Shown: piece after piece, positions 1 through 13,700 of the stretch
Layout of the letters: each line of letters starts with the position of its first letter
Position numbering within the stretch: the first letter of the stretch is position 1
Assembly (NCBI GenBank): GCA_001643675.2
Contig: LSRY02000026.1
Span: 682,001-746,000 of the forward strand
Direction: 5' to 3'
Origin: Monocercomonoides exilis PA203
Taxonomy: Eukaryota > Protista > Preaxostyla
Length of the DNA stretch: 64,000 nucleotides
The notes under the pieces: generated by a model
The model's input: only the letters and a program-made list of their open reading frames with translations
Told to the model about the DNA's origin: nothing
Databases searched by the model: none
Position numbers and translations under genes: made by a program

Positions 1-2400
1 CAACAGAGTATTCATCGACTCTTTCTCCAAACTGCCCACCACTGTCTTCCCTGATGCTCTCCATCTGCTCCTCTTCTGATTCTTCTCCTCTTCCCTCTCC
101 ACTTGCTTCATGCATTTATTCTCTCTCTTCGTTTGTGGGGAGTGATCCAACACATCTCCTCCTCCTCCTCCTCTGCATCTCCTGCATGGTTCCAACACTC
201 CCTGCGTCTCTTCTCCCTTCAGTCAACAACTCGCTGGCTGCCCTGTTTCCCTCTCTTCCACAGTCAGATGCTTTGCCATTCAATACTTTTGAGTCTCATC
301 CTCCTTCAGCCACACAATGGACTTTCCGACCGATCACTCCTGCTCTTTTCTCGCAGTGTGTGTTCATTGTATTGTCTACAATCCCTGGATCGCTCTATTT
401 CTTTGCATCCGACGCATTCATTGCCTCGATGACAGATAAATCAGCATCTGCTTCTTCTTCTGCTGCTGCCACTGCTGGTGTAAGTGAAAGGGATGAGAGG
501 AAAGCAAAGATTAGCGCAGAGCAGGTGAAGAAGTCAGCAGCATTTTCGTTTGCGCGCTCTGAATTCTTCGACCTGGAGGCGTATCTTTCTCTGTCGCCGT
601 GGTTCGACAGACGGAACGGCGCAATTGTGGAGATGACATTTCTGCGGAGGGCGTTTCTGCTGTTTTCTGCTCTTTTCCCAACGACAGAGCTTGCACCTCA
701 CTCGACAACTGCTTCTGTGGATGTTGATGCTCCTTCAGGAAAGATGAGCAAAGGCAGCAACAAGAAGGATAATAATAATAATAATTGCTTCACAGCTGGG
801 TTTGCGAATGCAAATGATGGAATGAATGGCTCTTCTGAAAGAAGTGGAATTTCTCATGTTCATCAGCAGTTGATATCAGCATCAGTATCAGCGTCAGGCG
901 ATGTGCCACATGGGAGTGAGTCGTTCTTCTCTTCACTGACGACATACCAGTCTTATCTGACACATGCCTTGTATGATGCAAGTGCACTTTCACAGGCATC
1001 ATCACTGGAATCGTTTTTGGAGTATATTGAGGCAGAAGAGCAGAAGGCTGGAGAAGGGAAGGGGAAGGGGAAAGGAAAGGAAGGGAAAGAAGAAGAAACA
1101 GAAACAGAGACTGATTCGGATTCAGATTCAGAAGAAGAAGATGAAAGAGAAGGAGAAAAAGAGGAAGGGGAGATGAATGGGTATATTTGTGACCTGAATG
1201 CGATGTCTGTGTATCCATCGCCTGCACGCATAACCCTCTTTGCCTTCTTTGCCTCTCTTCTGCATCTTCCACAGCTGCTCAAAGCAATCAATATCGAACA
1301 CAGCCAAGCAGCTTCATCAAACAACCTTGATGCTGACAAGGAAAGTGGAGAGAAAGATGATGTGCCTCGTCCTCTTAATGATGACACTCAACCAGATTCA
1401 ATTGCAAAACCAGCATCTTTTTCTTCTTCTTCAACCAGATCTCGTGTTTTGGATGAGATCTTTGCAATTCTTGTGCTTTCGATGGATCCTAAGCGTGTTA
1501 GCTCCTCATTCTCCTCGTTCTTCCCCTTCATATCAAACTCTTCCTCCTCTCCGCTTTCTTCACCGCTTGTTGCGTCTGTCGGGCAGCCGTTCCTGCTTCT
1601 ACCTCGTCTTCCTTCTCTTCCTCTCTCCATTCGTCCTCTTTCCCTCTTCTCGCGAGACTGCCGCTGCGTCAGCTGCTCAAAGCGGTGTGCGTCAGTCGGC
1701 ATCTGCCTCGTCTGCGGGCGCCTTCTGTGCTTGTCTGACCGCTGCTGCCACTCGATCGTCACTCGCTTTGTGGCTGGCGGGTACATTGCATCCTCAACTG
1801 CATCCACTGGCACGTCCTCTGGCTCTGCAAAGGGACTTTCTTCTTCTTCTTCTTCAAATGCACCTCTTTCGTCGCTGCAGACTGTGCTACCGCCTTCTGC
1901 TGCTCCTCCATCGAGTCCTGCACAGCCTTCATTTTCATCATCATCTTCTTCTTCTTCTATTTCTTCTTCTTCAGACACACAACATCCTTATGTCGGAGCA
2001 ATGCAGATGCAATTTGAGCCGTTCAGCGGAAACAGATTTGTGATGGAGGAGACTAAACACGCACTGATGTGCAGCGGACTTATCCTTCCGCTGTGCTCGT
2101 CGCACGTTTCGTCACTTTCTATTGGCGTTGGGTTGATCAGAGCAACAAGATCGTTTGCCCTTCCATTTGTTGCTTTTTCTGATTTTTTATATTTAAATTG
2201 AATATATTTCATAATTAAACAAAATATTATTAATACATATTTTGATATTGATATTATTTTTAAATTCGTAAGGTTTGGGCTATATCTGAATTCATCTGGA
2301 GAAGAGGATGGGAACAGCGAACACGAAAAGGATCTGACTTTGTCTCTGGAAAGGTTTGATTCAATTATTCTTTCTATCTCCGATTATTCGAGCATTATTG
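1..2400 (+). CDS. 3' part of a UBR1/UBR3/PRT6-like N-recognin E3 ubiquitin ligase (C-terminal Cys/His domain); 5'-truncated by the window; intron 2153-2272; a further short exon is possible after ~2670
   Basis: Frame is open from the window start. LPRLPSLP..CRCVSC..ICLVCGRLLCLSDRCC..HALMCSG matches the UBR C-terminal domain pattern. Removing the GT..AG intron 2153-2272 continues in phase into FGLYLNSSGEEDG..LTLSLERF, the equivalent of the PYLDxYGExD..LxLxxERY motif. Confidence 0.75.
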
Positions 2401-2422
2401 GTTTATCTTGCTTTCTAACTTA

Positions 2423-2510
<88 letters not shown>

Positions 2511-2602
2511 CTATCTCTATCTCTATCTCTATCTCTATCTCTATCTCTATCTCTATCTCTATCTCTATCTCTATCTCTATCTCTATCTATCTATCTATCT
2601 CT
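2423..2602. repeat. compound microsatellite (CT)n-(CTAT)n-(CTCTAT)n, probably intronic
   Basis: Directly visible. Follows a GTTTAT donor-like site at 2401. Confidence 0.95.
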
Positions 2603-3140
2603 TTGATTTGTTTTCAATGAAAATTCACATTCTGTGCAATCCTTTTGTTAATCCTCAATATTTTATCAGATATGCTCAACTTCTTCAACTTCTATGTGAT
2701 CATCAGTTCTGTGAATGAACAGTGTTGTCAAATGCCGTGCAATATTAAAAAAAATAATTTTATCGAATTTCATCTATTGCCTTTTGTGACAAAATTTTGT
2801 TGTTTTTTTTTTTTTTATATATTTCAAATTGGTACATGTTCAATTTCACCACACTTAATTTCAAAATTTAAAATAAATTATTCTGATAAGTAACCTGAGC
2901 TTTTTGTTTGTTGATTACCGAAAAATGAATACACAGAAATAGCTGAAAGTATTCTATTTCACAATAGAAAAATAGAATGCAAATAAAATCCCAAAATTAT
3001 GAGAAAATTTTTTGACAATTTGAAATTATAAACTCAGCAGAAAATATTTTGATCAAGAATTAATCAAAAGTTTGAGAGATGAAATATTGAGTAGAATATT
3101 TCCTTTGAGCATTCTTCACGAACACAATAAAGAAACAAAA

Positions 3141-3498
3141 GTGTGTTACAAATCCGGGACATGCAACAAATCCGGGAAAGTCAGAAATTTCAGCTTTCAT
3201 AAAACTTTTCTCTCATTCATTTATTTCAAATCAAATAAAGGAACCATTTGAAGTTATAAGAATTGCTTTTTAAATATTATTGTGTTCGCAAAAACCCTTT
3301 TTCTTCAAATTTCGTGTTTGAGATAAAATATGAAGAAAAAGGGTTTTTGCGAACACAATAATATTTAAAAAGCAATTCTTATAACTTCAAATGGTTCCTT
3401 TATTTGATTTGAAATAAATGAATGAGAGAAAAGTTTTATGAAAGCTGAAATTTCTGCACTTTCCCGGATTTGTTGCATGTCCCTGATTTGTGACACAC
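3141..3498. mobile_element. foldback/MITE-like element: ~167-bp inverted arms with a ~23-bp spacer
   Basis: 3141-3307 is the reverse complement of 3331-3498 apart from a few substitutions and one indel. Each end carries a tandem ACAAATCCGGGA-type motif. Flanks are AA (left) and TA (right), possibly a decayed TA TSD. Confidence 0.85.
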
Positions 3499-3732
3499 TA
3501 AACACTATTTTCGAAGATCTTTGTTTTTGTTTTGTTTTCAATATTGGTTTTTTATTATCACTGCAAGGTCAAAATAAAATTTTGATAATTCTCTGCTTTT
3601 AACAAAAAAACGTTTGATTATCAACACACTTGAAAACAAATAATTATGATTGCAAAAATAACCTTTGACTTCAATTTCATAAAAAATGGCATCGTAATGT
3701 TTCTAATTGTCTTAGAATATTTTCTTTAATTC

Positions 3733-3736
<4 letters not shown>

Positions 3737-3802
<66 letters not shown>
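3737..3802. repeat. poly(A) run, 66 nt
   Basis: Directly visible. Confidence 0.95.
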
Positions 3803-3805
<3 letters not shown>

Positions 3806-4726
3806 ACCAAAAAGATGGTGAATAAAGGAAACAAGAATTTCAAAAATATATATATATATATATTATTTTATTTTTTGAACCAAATTCTTATGAAAATAAA
3901 ATTAAACTAATGAATATAAATTATCATCAAAAATGTCTCTTTTTGTTTTTATTTTTGCATCTCAAATTAGTTAACAAAAATACTTATGATTGCATGTGTC
4001 GAAAGATATTTCCACATTCGAATTATTTTCTTGTTTTATTGGCTTGCAATATTGAATTGCACAAGTCCACTTTTTGAATGAAACCAATTTGGATTAACAA
4101 TTTTTCCAATTAATGATTTATAATGATTTCATTTGACAATCTCGAAAGTTTGATAAAAGAATGACATTTTCCTTGACGTCCAAGATTCGATCCATTTTTT
4201 TAATAACAATTGTCATCTTGGGAAAGAACATAACTTGAAATGCCATTCAAAAATTGTTTAAAATTGCATATAAGAACAAATATTACTTAATTCCAATTTG
4301 GGTCATTCTTTTTGAAAAGTCGTAAATGTTTATTTTAAAAATGAACAAAAAAATATCAAATCATGTCTAATTTCTATTCCCACTCACGAATCGAAACAAA
4401 ATTGTGCATAAGATAATATTTTCAAGTGATAGATTCGATTCAAGTGAAGTTTCGTTGGTGCGAACAAAAATATGATCAAAATATGTAATTTTTATTCAAT
4501 GTGTAAATTTAACATTTGTGACTTAACGAAAAGAACAGCACACTTATGAAACAGATCCAACATCATTCAATTATTAACTGTTTTCGATTCATTTATATTC
4601 AACTGTTAAATTATTTCAATTCTTCTTTCCATTTCTGAAGATGATATTTAATATTTCAATGAAAAATTAAACATTTATTTATTAAAGAATAAATTATCTT
4701 AATGATCATAACCCAAAAAATAAAAA

Positions 4727-6268
4727 ATGAAAAAGGAAGTTACAAGGAAATCTTCTGCGAGTCAGCTGAAGCTGCGGGAGGCGATGCTATCATTCAAATA
4801 TCGACAATTTCGGAATTCACTGGAGCGAATGGCACATATTGTTAACGATGGAGCTGTGCGTATGGTGGATGCATGCTACAACAAAAAATACAGTAAAATT
4901 CAGATCAGGCGTGTGGTGAATGCAGATTTGCAAAGCAGATTAGTTTTTAAAATTGGAAGCCAGCTGCTATCATTGTAGAAAAAGAGCAAACAGTGCTGGA
5001 CGAAATTAAAACAGAATCACTGTCTGGAGCAAGCTTAACCATCTATAAAACGCGTGAACTGGTTTGCCAAAATATTCTTTGAAATGAATTAATAAATATT
5101 TCTAAGATTGAAAATATTGTTAATGATTTAAAACCAGAAAGCACGCCAGATGTTAATGTTTCTGCTTCCATTTCCAACGATTTCATCAAACAACATCCAG
5201 AGCTGAAGACATCAATGCCGAAAATTGTTGACGAAAACAGGCTTGCGGTATCATGCCAACAAGTTCTAAAGCCCTGGAATGATAAGCTCAATTGATTGCA
5301 TCAAACAAACAATTTTAACAACATACAGATTTCCAACGTGGATGAGTCTTCACTCAGGGTTCCAGACAGCTCCAATCGGAATGTTGTTCATCCGGCAAAT
5401 GCAAAACACTGTTTCACCAAATCTGTGGATCGAATGGCGAATTCAACACTGATTGCGGCGGTTTGAAGCTGATGGGCAATCACTTCCTTTTGTGATTCTG
5501 TGGCCAAGTCTTTAATACATGGATGATTTGAAGCCTCTTCAGTCTTCAAATCTTGAGATTTGGCCGAACAAATGCGGATGGATGGAATCTTCGATGTTCA
5601 GAAAATATGCTCCAACAATTCTCCTCTCTTCTATCAAAGAAAGAAGACAACGCATATCACTCGACGAATCCCACTGCTTGCTTCTAATCAACTCCAATGT
5701 TTCTCGAGCGAATTTGTCAATCTGGAAATTGTTCAAAAAAGAAAATGTGGATGTTGTGACATTCGTCCCTCGCAGCACACACGCCTGCCGTCCACTGGAC
5801 CGAGGCGTGTTTGCTGTTCTGAAGTCTGAGATAAGTTCACAGAATGAAGCACTTTCATCGTCGTCTTCAGCAGAAAAAAGTTCAGCTCTGGTGGAAGCTC
5901 TCCAGCATTCAATTCATTAATCGCTATCACCTTCAGTCATCAAAAGAGCTTTCAAATGTGGAGGAATGTTGAAAGACTCGTCTGGGCCAGTTCTGATGAA
6001 GCTTCCTCTATCATCGACTTATCCTCTTCATTCACATAAAATACGATTTGACTTCTACGGTAAAGAAATAACAGGAAAGAACGTGCCAAATGAGTGGAAT
6101 GATAGTTTGAAAAAGAAAAGTGAAATGGAAAATGAAAAAGAGAACATTTTGGATTAAGAAAATGATGAAACAACGAATTTCACAAAAAAAGTCGAAAAGA
6201 AAGTTTAAAATACTTCAAGATGAGAACGATATTGCTACAGAATCATCTGATGAAACTGAGAAATGATA
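4727..6268 (+). pseudogene. decayed pogo/Tigger/Fot1-like (DDE_1) transposase
   Basis: Collinear motifs NVDESS, NSTLIAAV..DGQSLP, NKCGWMESSMF, LLLINSNVSR (for LLxxDGHxSH) and STHACRPLDRGVF are spread over several frames with stops and frameshifts. Confidence 0.8.
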
Positions 6269-7776
6269 AGGTGAAAGAAAAAACATTCGCGAATAAGATG
6301 AAAGTTTTGTATTTTTTTGAATTTTTTTTAGAATTTTTCATTTCAAAAAATTTGGGTACTAATAAAAAAAATGGGCACTAATAATAATATGACCCTAAAG
6401 AATAATTATTGAAGTCCTGTTTTTCTCATCAAAAATTTTGATTTGAATATTTGGGGGAAAATTCGGACTTTCAAGCTTTTTATGCACAAGGCATTGAAAA
6501 ATCACTTCACTCATAACTTTGTTTCGTATTCTCAGATTTCAAAATAAAATTGATTTTCATATTCGAAAACAGGTTTCGTTGAAATTAAAACGTAAAGTTT
6601 TCTTGTTTTTCACGAATGTCAAAAAATGAATACATTTTCTATGGATTTTTTGATCACAAAAAGTTCATCTAATGTGCATAATTCTTCTATGAAAATGACT
6701 GAAGTCAAATATTTTGTCACATTTGTTTTAAATCTTGTTTTTCTGGACACTCAAATATCTGAAAGTCTGCAAAAGTTTTTTATATCTTTCATTCATCTTT
6801 TTCATTGGATTCAATAATTATTGGATAGCATCAAACATTTGAATACAAATTTTCTTTCCTTGGAGAAACATCCTTCGAAAAATCAACACACCAAAAAAAG
6901 TTATGATTTTGAAATTAATCACACATAAATCTAAAGTATGAACAAAACAAATAATAATAGTTAAATCTGAAATGAACAGACACATTTAAATAAAATAATC
7001 TCTTTTTTTTTGCTTGAATCACTTTTCATGATTTTTCTGCTTTTTCAATTTCATTTCTCCAACAAAAGAGCAATTTGTTCTGAAAAGACCAATTGCTAAG
7101 TTGTCAATGAAAAATAGAAAATGAAATCTAAAGTTGAAATAAAACAAAGTTTCTCTCTTTTCGTTGTGATTTTTGTTTGAGAAATTATCATTATTCTTCA
7201 ATCAATGTTGACGTTGCATGTTGAAAACACTTAAACCAATGTGAAATGAAAAAATTGAACTGTTGTTAAAAAAATAACGATTATTGTTTGATTTACATAA
7301 GAAGAGGTGTTTAAATACATATCAGCTTGAAAATCGAAAAATAAGAATTTCATTCAACAAAAACTTCAAATTAAAAACATTCGAAAAGATGTTGACAAAT
7401 CAATCAAAAGAACATGCAAGAAACAACTGAAAATAACTATTTATGCCTTTTAACAATTCAGAGAATCATACAAAAAACAAAACCACAAAAAACAAGCAAA
7501 TGAAAATAAAACGGTATCAAAGAAAAAACAAATATCAAAAAAACAAATATTTTAAAACCCAAAACAACAAGATCACAAAAAAAATCTGTTCTTTTAAAAA
7601 GAAATAAAAAAAAAAAAATGAATCGATATTTTCACCATCCATATCTTTTTTATCCCTCAATCATTTTGGTTTTCAACAAGTCAATGCCTGAACACACATA
7701 ATAACTCCAATCATCATTTTCAAAACAATCAGTTGTTCTTTCATTGGATCCTTTTAAAAACTTTTGTATATTGCAC

Positions 7777-10700
7777 TTATTTTTTCAAAACACTCATCTC
7801 CTTTTTGATTGTTTCATCATCAAGTCTGCTTCCTACACATGAATAAGAAGCATTTTCATCTTCATTATCTTCCTCATCGTTTTCAAAGTCTATAGCATCA
7901 GAGACGGTCAATGTTGTTGCTCCAGCTGGAAAGTGACGAATGAAATCGCGCTTCAAAAGAGAAAGCATGGGACGAGATGACGGGTCTTGCGACAAACACA
8001 AACAAATCACATCAAACAACTGTGAGAATCTCACTCTTTCCACATCTGGCCTTTCTTTGGTGCTGATTTTATCTCCCGCCACCTCTGCTGGATACTCCCC
8101 AAACGGGATATCCAGTGTCAGACACTCCCACAACATCATCCCGATCGAAAACACCACTGACTTCTTCGTTGCCCCCATCTTCTTGTTCACCTGCAGCTCT
8201 GGTGCCTTCCACCTTAGATACTCTATTTTGTAATCTTCCTCATCCTCAAATGCAGATGATGGAAGAGAGTCATCATCATCATCACTTGCAGAAGTCACAA
8301 CTGTTGATGAAGAGATGGAGGATGAATCAGAATCATCAGAAGAGAAGTCAGAATGCATCACAATGCAGATCACCATATGCTCAGAGAACAACACAATATG
8401 CGGACTGAGATTGGAAAGTGATTGAAGAGGGTTTTCCATTTCATCAAATGAGTGAAGGGCAAGATTAGCCACCCAGAACAGGATTTGGGCAGCTGTCTGT
8501 TCCCTCTCTTGTAAACTTCCAATTGCCATCTCCTTCTTCGCATTCCTTCCATGCAGCAACATGAACAGCGAGTCACGAAGATCCACAATCAGTTTTTCAT
8601 GAGGAGATGAACAAGCCATTGCATCCACCAAGTTTGACATCGACGAAGTGGTTGGACACAGACTCTCCGATCGAACAAACGTTGAATCTGAATCTGTTGT
8701 TGAAGTTGATGAAATTGATGGTGATGGTGTTCTCTTTCTTGTCTCTTCTTCTTCTTCATCAACCTTCTCCAACATCCATTGAGGAATCTTGTCTGAATCT
8801 CTTCCAAGGATGTATTCAGTCGATCCACTTTCAGAGAGAAGATGCTCAGATGATTCTGAATGTCCCAAACTTTTCGCATACACTCTCTTCTTTATCCTCT
8901 CTTCATTCTTCTTTTCTGCTTCCCTCTCTGCCCTCCTCCATTGCTCCTCTGGTGACATCTCCATCGTCACCATCTCAAATGCCTTCGGATCCTTTCTGAT
9001 GTTATCGTTCACAATCTCTCTCAAGTCTTCTGCTTCATTCTTCACCTTCTTCCATCTGACGATTGAAATTACTGCAATAATAAGAATGACAAACAGAACA
9101 ATTCCCATAACAATCACAATAATAGGCCAAAATGATTTTCCATCTTTTCCTCCTTCAACAATCCTTTCATCTCCTTTTCCAGCATTTTCACTCCTGTTCT
9201 TCACAATAAATCGCTCTGTTGATGAATGAGAATCTGATTTCCCAAACACAATCCACACACTCACTTCTGTCTCTTCTCTCACTTTCTCCCATTCCAAACA
9301 TGAAATAACTGAGTGAATCTCATTCTCTGACACAAACCCTTCTTCTTCAATCCCCTTTCTCACAATCTCCTCTTCATCCCCATTTTTCATACTCATCTTC
9401 ACTGACAAATCACATGGCAGAAGCAGCTTTCCATGAATCATCAACTCCACATCCCCATTTGGATGAGAAACATTCTTCACCTCTTCCAAAATGGGGATGA
9501 AAAATGATGATCCTCTTTCAGCTGCTATCCCTCCCAATTCGCATCCCTCATCCAATATCCACAATGATGTGTTTTTCTCTATTCCATCACCCCCTTTCAC
9601 ACTCACAACATCCAACTCCCCATTCCCTTCACAAATCACATTCCTTCTGGCTGATGGATATCCCTCGATCGATGGGTTGTTGTTCTCAAACTTTCCATTT
9701 TCAATCTTCACACTCGCTCCACTCACCCACAACCCACCTGCCTTGCTATTTCTGATTGTTGTTTCCCTCATCTCCACTTTGCTCTTCTCAACATCAACCA
9801 ATGACTCATTCCATTTGCATAATCCCTCTTTTCTATTGTTTTCTTCATTGACTATTTCATCTTCTCTTTCTCCATCAAACACACATGCCTCAATCCTCAC
9901 ATTCTTGGAATTCCTGATCTGCATCATGCTTCCCTTATCAACTGAATTCAAACACTTTCCGAATGAGCTGTTAAGCACACTCACCTCTTGCTCAGCATCT
10001 TCCATCCCAATCACACACCCCTTTGACATCACAGTCACATTCACAACTCCCATCTCTTTCATCTCAACTTTCGCTTTCCCTCCAACACTCACAACATCCC
10101 CCTCACATTTGATGTTCGATATTCTTGATTCAACAATTATCACATTCGATTCTTCACAAAATAAAAGAACTGATATTGTTGAAAAAATATCTCTGAATGT
10201 TGAATCAAATATCTTCAGCCCCCCACTTTCCACACTCACAACTGAACTGTTCAACTTCATTTCCTCAACTGTTGTTGTTGGAGAAGAGAAGAATTCACAT
10301 TCTTGTATTTTTGTCATTCCATTCTTCACCTTCATGAGACAATTGTGAGTTGACTCAAATCCATCTTCAAACTGGAATGAGCATCTCTCCACTGAACATT
10401 CATTCACAAACTCCATCACACAATCCTTCTCACCTGATTTCTCAATCTTGCAGTTCAACCGAACAACCCCCTGTGTCTTTTTCAATGAGTTCACAACCAG
10501 ATCTCCAATCACACACTCCTTCCTCACAAACCCTTCTCCATCAATCAGAATCCCATTCATCACCCCTTCCTGGATGTGCTCAACCCCACAGTTGATGCTG
10601 GAACAAGGGTTGCTCTGTGCTCCACACCCCCTCCCATCACTCCCTCTCCCACTCACAAACACCTGTGCCGAATAATAGAATGTGATCAGCGGAATCAGAT

Positions 10701-13700
10701 CAACATCTCCCTCGCTCAAAACATCCCTCCCACAGATCGAGTTGTTCGAGTTCAGTGACTCCTGGTTGTAGTTCAGTGCAAACAGTGTTTCGTTGATCTG
10801 GTGAGCAATCGAGTGGCATCTGACAAACACGTCTTTCCCCACATGTGCCTCATTCATCACAAACAGAATGTTCACAATCTTGAAATTCAGAGGCGGAATC
10901 GGACTTTCATTTCCATAATTCGCATGTGGGTCAGACCCATCAATGAACAGCCCTCCTCCACACCCTGTCTCACTCGAGCACTTGCACATCGAAAATGAGC
11001 TTCCATTCACTTTCAACACCGACTCCCCACTCTTCAGCACCACTCTCATCCCCCCTCCTTCATCACTCAAACCACTCTTGCAACTCGACATCGAACACTC
11101 ATCCATCACACACTCCACCCCATCCTCAAATGATCCCACATCAACAATACTCGCTCCAATCCCTTCGTTTGTGATGTTCGCAAATGAACACCCAACAATC
11201 CTCAGAACTGGTCTGTTCCCATTTGAAAATACCTTCTTTTCTCCATTCATCTGGGTTTCCTCCTCAATCATCGAAATCAGGCTTCTTTCTGTCACATCAG
11301 CAAATGAGATGTTCACATTCTGAAGTGTCACCTCACCTGCACTTGGTCTGAACGCAATCAACCCTTTCAACTCTGAAATCAAACTCAACGAACATCTCTC
11401 AATCACAACACTCCCCCCATTCACTCTCATCACACAATATCCAAAACTTTCTGCCACCCCTCTCCCTGGCCCAAATGAACAATCTGACACTGACAATAAT
11501 GTGTTTGTTCCAGAGGATTTAATCAACACTTCATGATGGGTTGTGATGGCTGGCTTGGTGAATGACACATTCACAAATGACAGACTCACATTCGAGGAGA
11601 TCATTGAACCATCGTGCAGATCATTCTCATCTTCATCACTGATCGTCACCCCTGTCCCTTTCTTTGTCCCTTCAATCACCACTTTTGGTGAATCTGAAAT
11701 TGATGATGAAAACGATATGGAATGGCTCAGCAGCCCTGATCCCACAATGGCAATATGTGTTTCTCCTCCTCCAAGTGTTGGATATCGAAGTGATATCAAG
11801 TGGTCAATCGATGAGCATGGTGCCTCGGAATACCCACACCCACTGAAGTCTCCTCCTTTCTCTCGAGAAACAAACCCATCCCCACTCCAGTTCCTCCACA
11901 AATACACAACCAGCGGAATCACATATCCCTCCTCTCCTGTCGTCTTCCTCTCCCATCCACACAATTCATCCAACGATCCCAACTCCTCTAAACTCATCTC
12001 CCATTTCAGGTGCTCCTCATTCACAATCTCGCTCAGATCCCATCCTGAAACAAACACATTCTTCCCTTTCCAGGCATTGCATCCCTCAAATTCCATCCCT
12101 TCAAGAACAAATGTTCCCATCTCATCTGCCAGCTTCACAAACATCCCTCCTCCCATTCCTCTCCCTCCTTCCTCAACATCCTCTCTTGGCACTTCACACC
12201 CAGATAATTTCACATTTTTCATTTCCAACCTCCCTCCTTTTCCCACTGATATCTTCATCCCTCCCCCTTTCATCCCACTCCCCCCTGAACACACTGATGA
12301 CAAATTGCATCCTTCAATATTCACAATCCCATTCACACCCATCTCCACATTCAAACATCCTCCTCCTCCTCCTCCACTCCCACCAACAACTTCCACTCCA
12401 CTCATTCGGCTGCTATTCATCTCCAATTCAACTCCATTCGAAACAACAATTGGCGATTTCCCACTCATTCTCACTCCCCCTTCCATCACAAATCCATTCA
12501 CAATCAGCCCTCCTCCCTCAACACATATCACATTGTATCCAATCACTTCATCATTGACAAATGAGACTGAACAGCTCGTGATTGTGATGGTTGATGATGA
12601 TGAGGAGGAGTGGATAAATCCACTTCTCTTCCCATTCATTTCTTCATTCAGCACAAATGCCAAATGTCTCATCTCAAATGATTTTGAACATTCAATAAGG
12701 TTATTCTGAGTTATCGATCCTTCATCCCTCACAACCACCCTCATCCCTTCTTCTTTCCCACACACACGAACCTCAAATGAAACCACTTTCATCTCGTTCT
12801 TTATCCATGATTCTGAGATAACTTCAATTTCATTCACATTGATGCTCGCTCTCTTCCCAACACAATAGTCAATCGTCAAACACCCAAACTCCTCAAACCC
12901 ACAATGGCTCTGATCCAGTGCCCTCTCTCCTCTCCCATCAACTCCCAACTTCGAGCCAATTGAACACAAATACACAAACAGCGGAATCACTTCCCCTTCT
13001 CTCCCATCCTCACTTCCACACAACTTCAACACATCTGATGGAATCACACCAAAATCAAAAAATGAAAATGAGCTCCCATTCACTTTCCACTCCAACAACA
13101 CTCCTCCACCACATTCAACAAACACATCCTTCCCATATCGAGCTTTGTTATCCTCTCCAAACACAAACAAACCCTCTCTTCCTGATTCCATTTTCATTGA
13201 ACCATCCCTGCTCTCCATCACAATCATCATTCCTCCACCTCTCCCTTCTCTCCTCCCATCTGAACTCTCCCCTGAACCCTTCGCCTCACACCCATCAATC
13301 ACACAACTCCCATTCACAACAACACTCCCTTCCCCCTTCACAACAACACTCATCCCTCCTCCTCTTCCACCAACACACCTGCACCCCTTCACAACACACG
13401 ACTCAATCACAATTATCCCATTCTTCCCCTCATCTCTCTCTGCTCCAACCACTCCACTCACCCATCCTCCATCTCCACTTCTCTTCTCAATGTTGTTCAC
13501 CTCGCATCCACAAAACACAACTGATTCCACCCCTTCACCAAACTCAATCACTGAATGTTCTCCAAATCTCAAGGTCTCTGTGATCACCAATCCCTCCACT
13601 TTCACTTTTCCCCCAATCACATTCACAAAACAATATCCAATGGAATTCTCAGATGAACAAACAACAGAACAGTCAGTGAGTGCGAGGAGTGTGGAGTTGG

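Noticed and set aside
3141-3498. Palindrome as a structural ncRNA or miRNA gene
   Set aside because: Terminal motifs shared with the TA-flanked foldback element make a MITE the simpler explanation, and there is no expression evidence.
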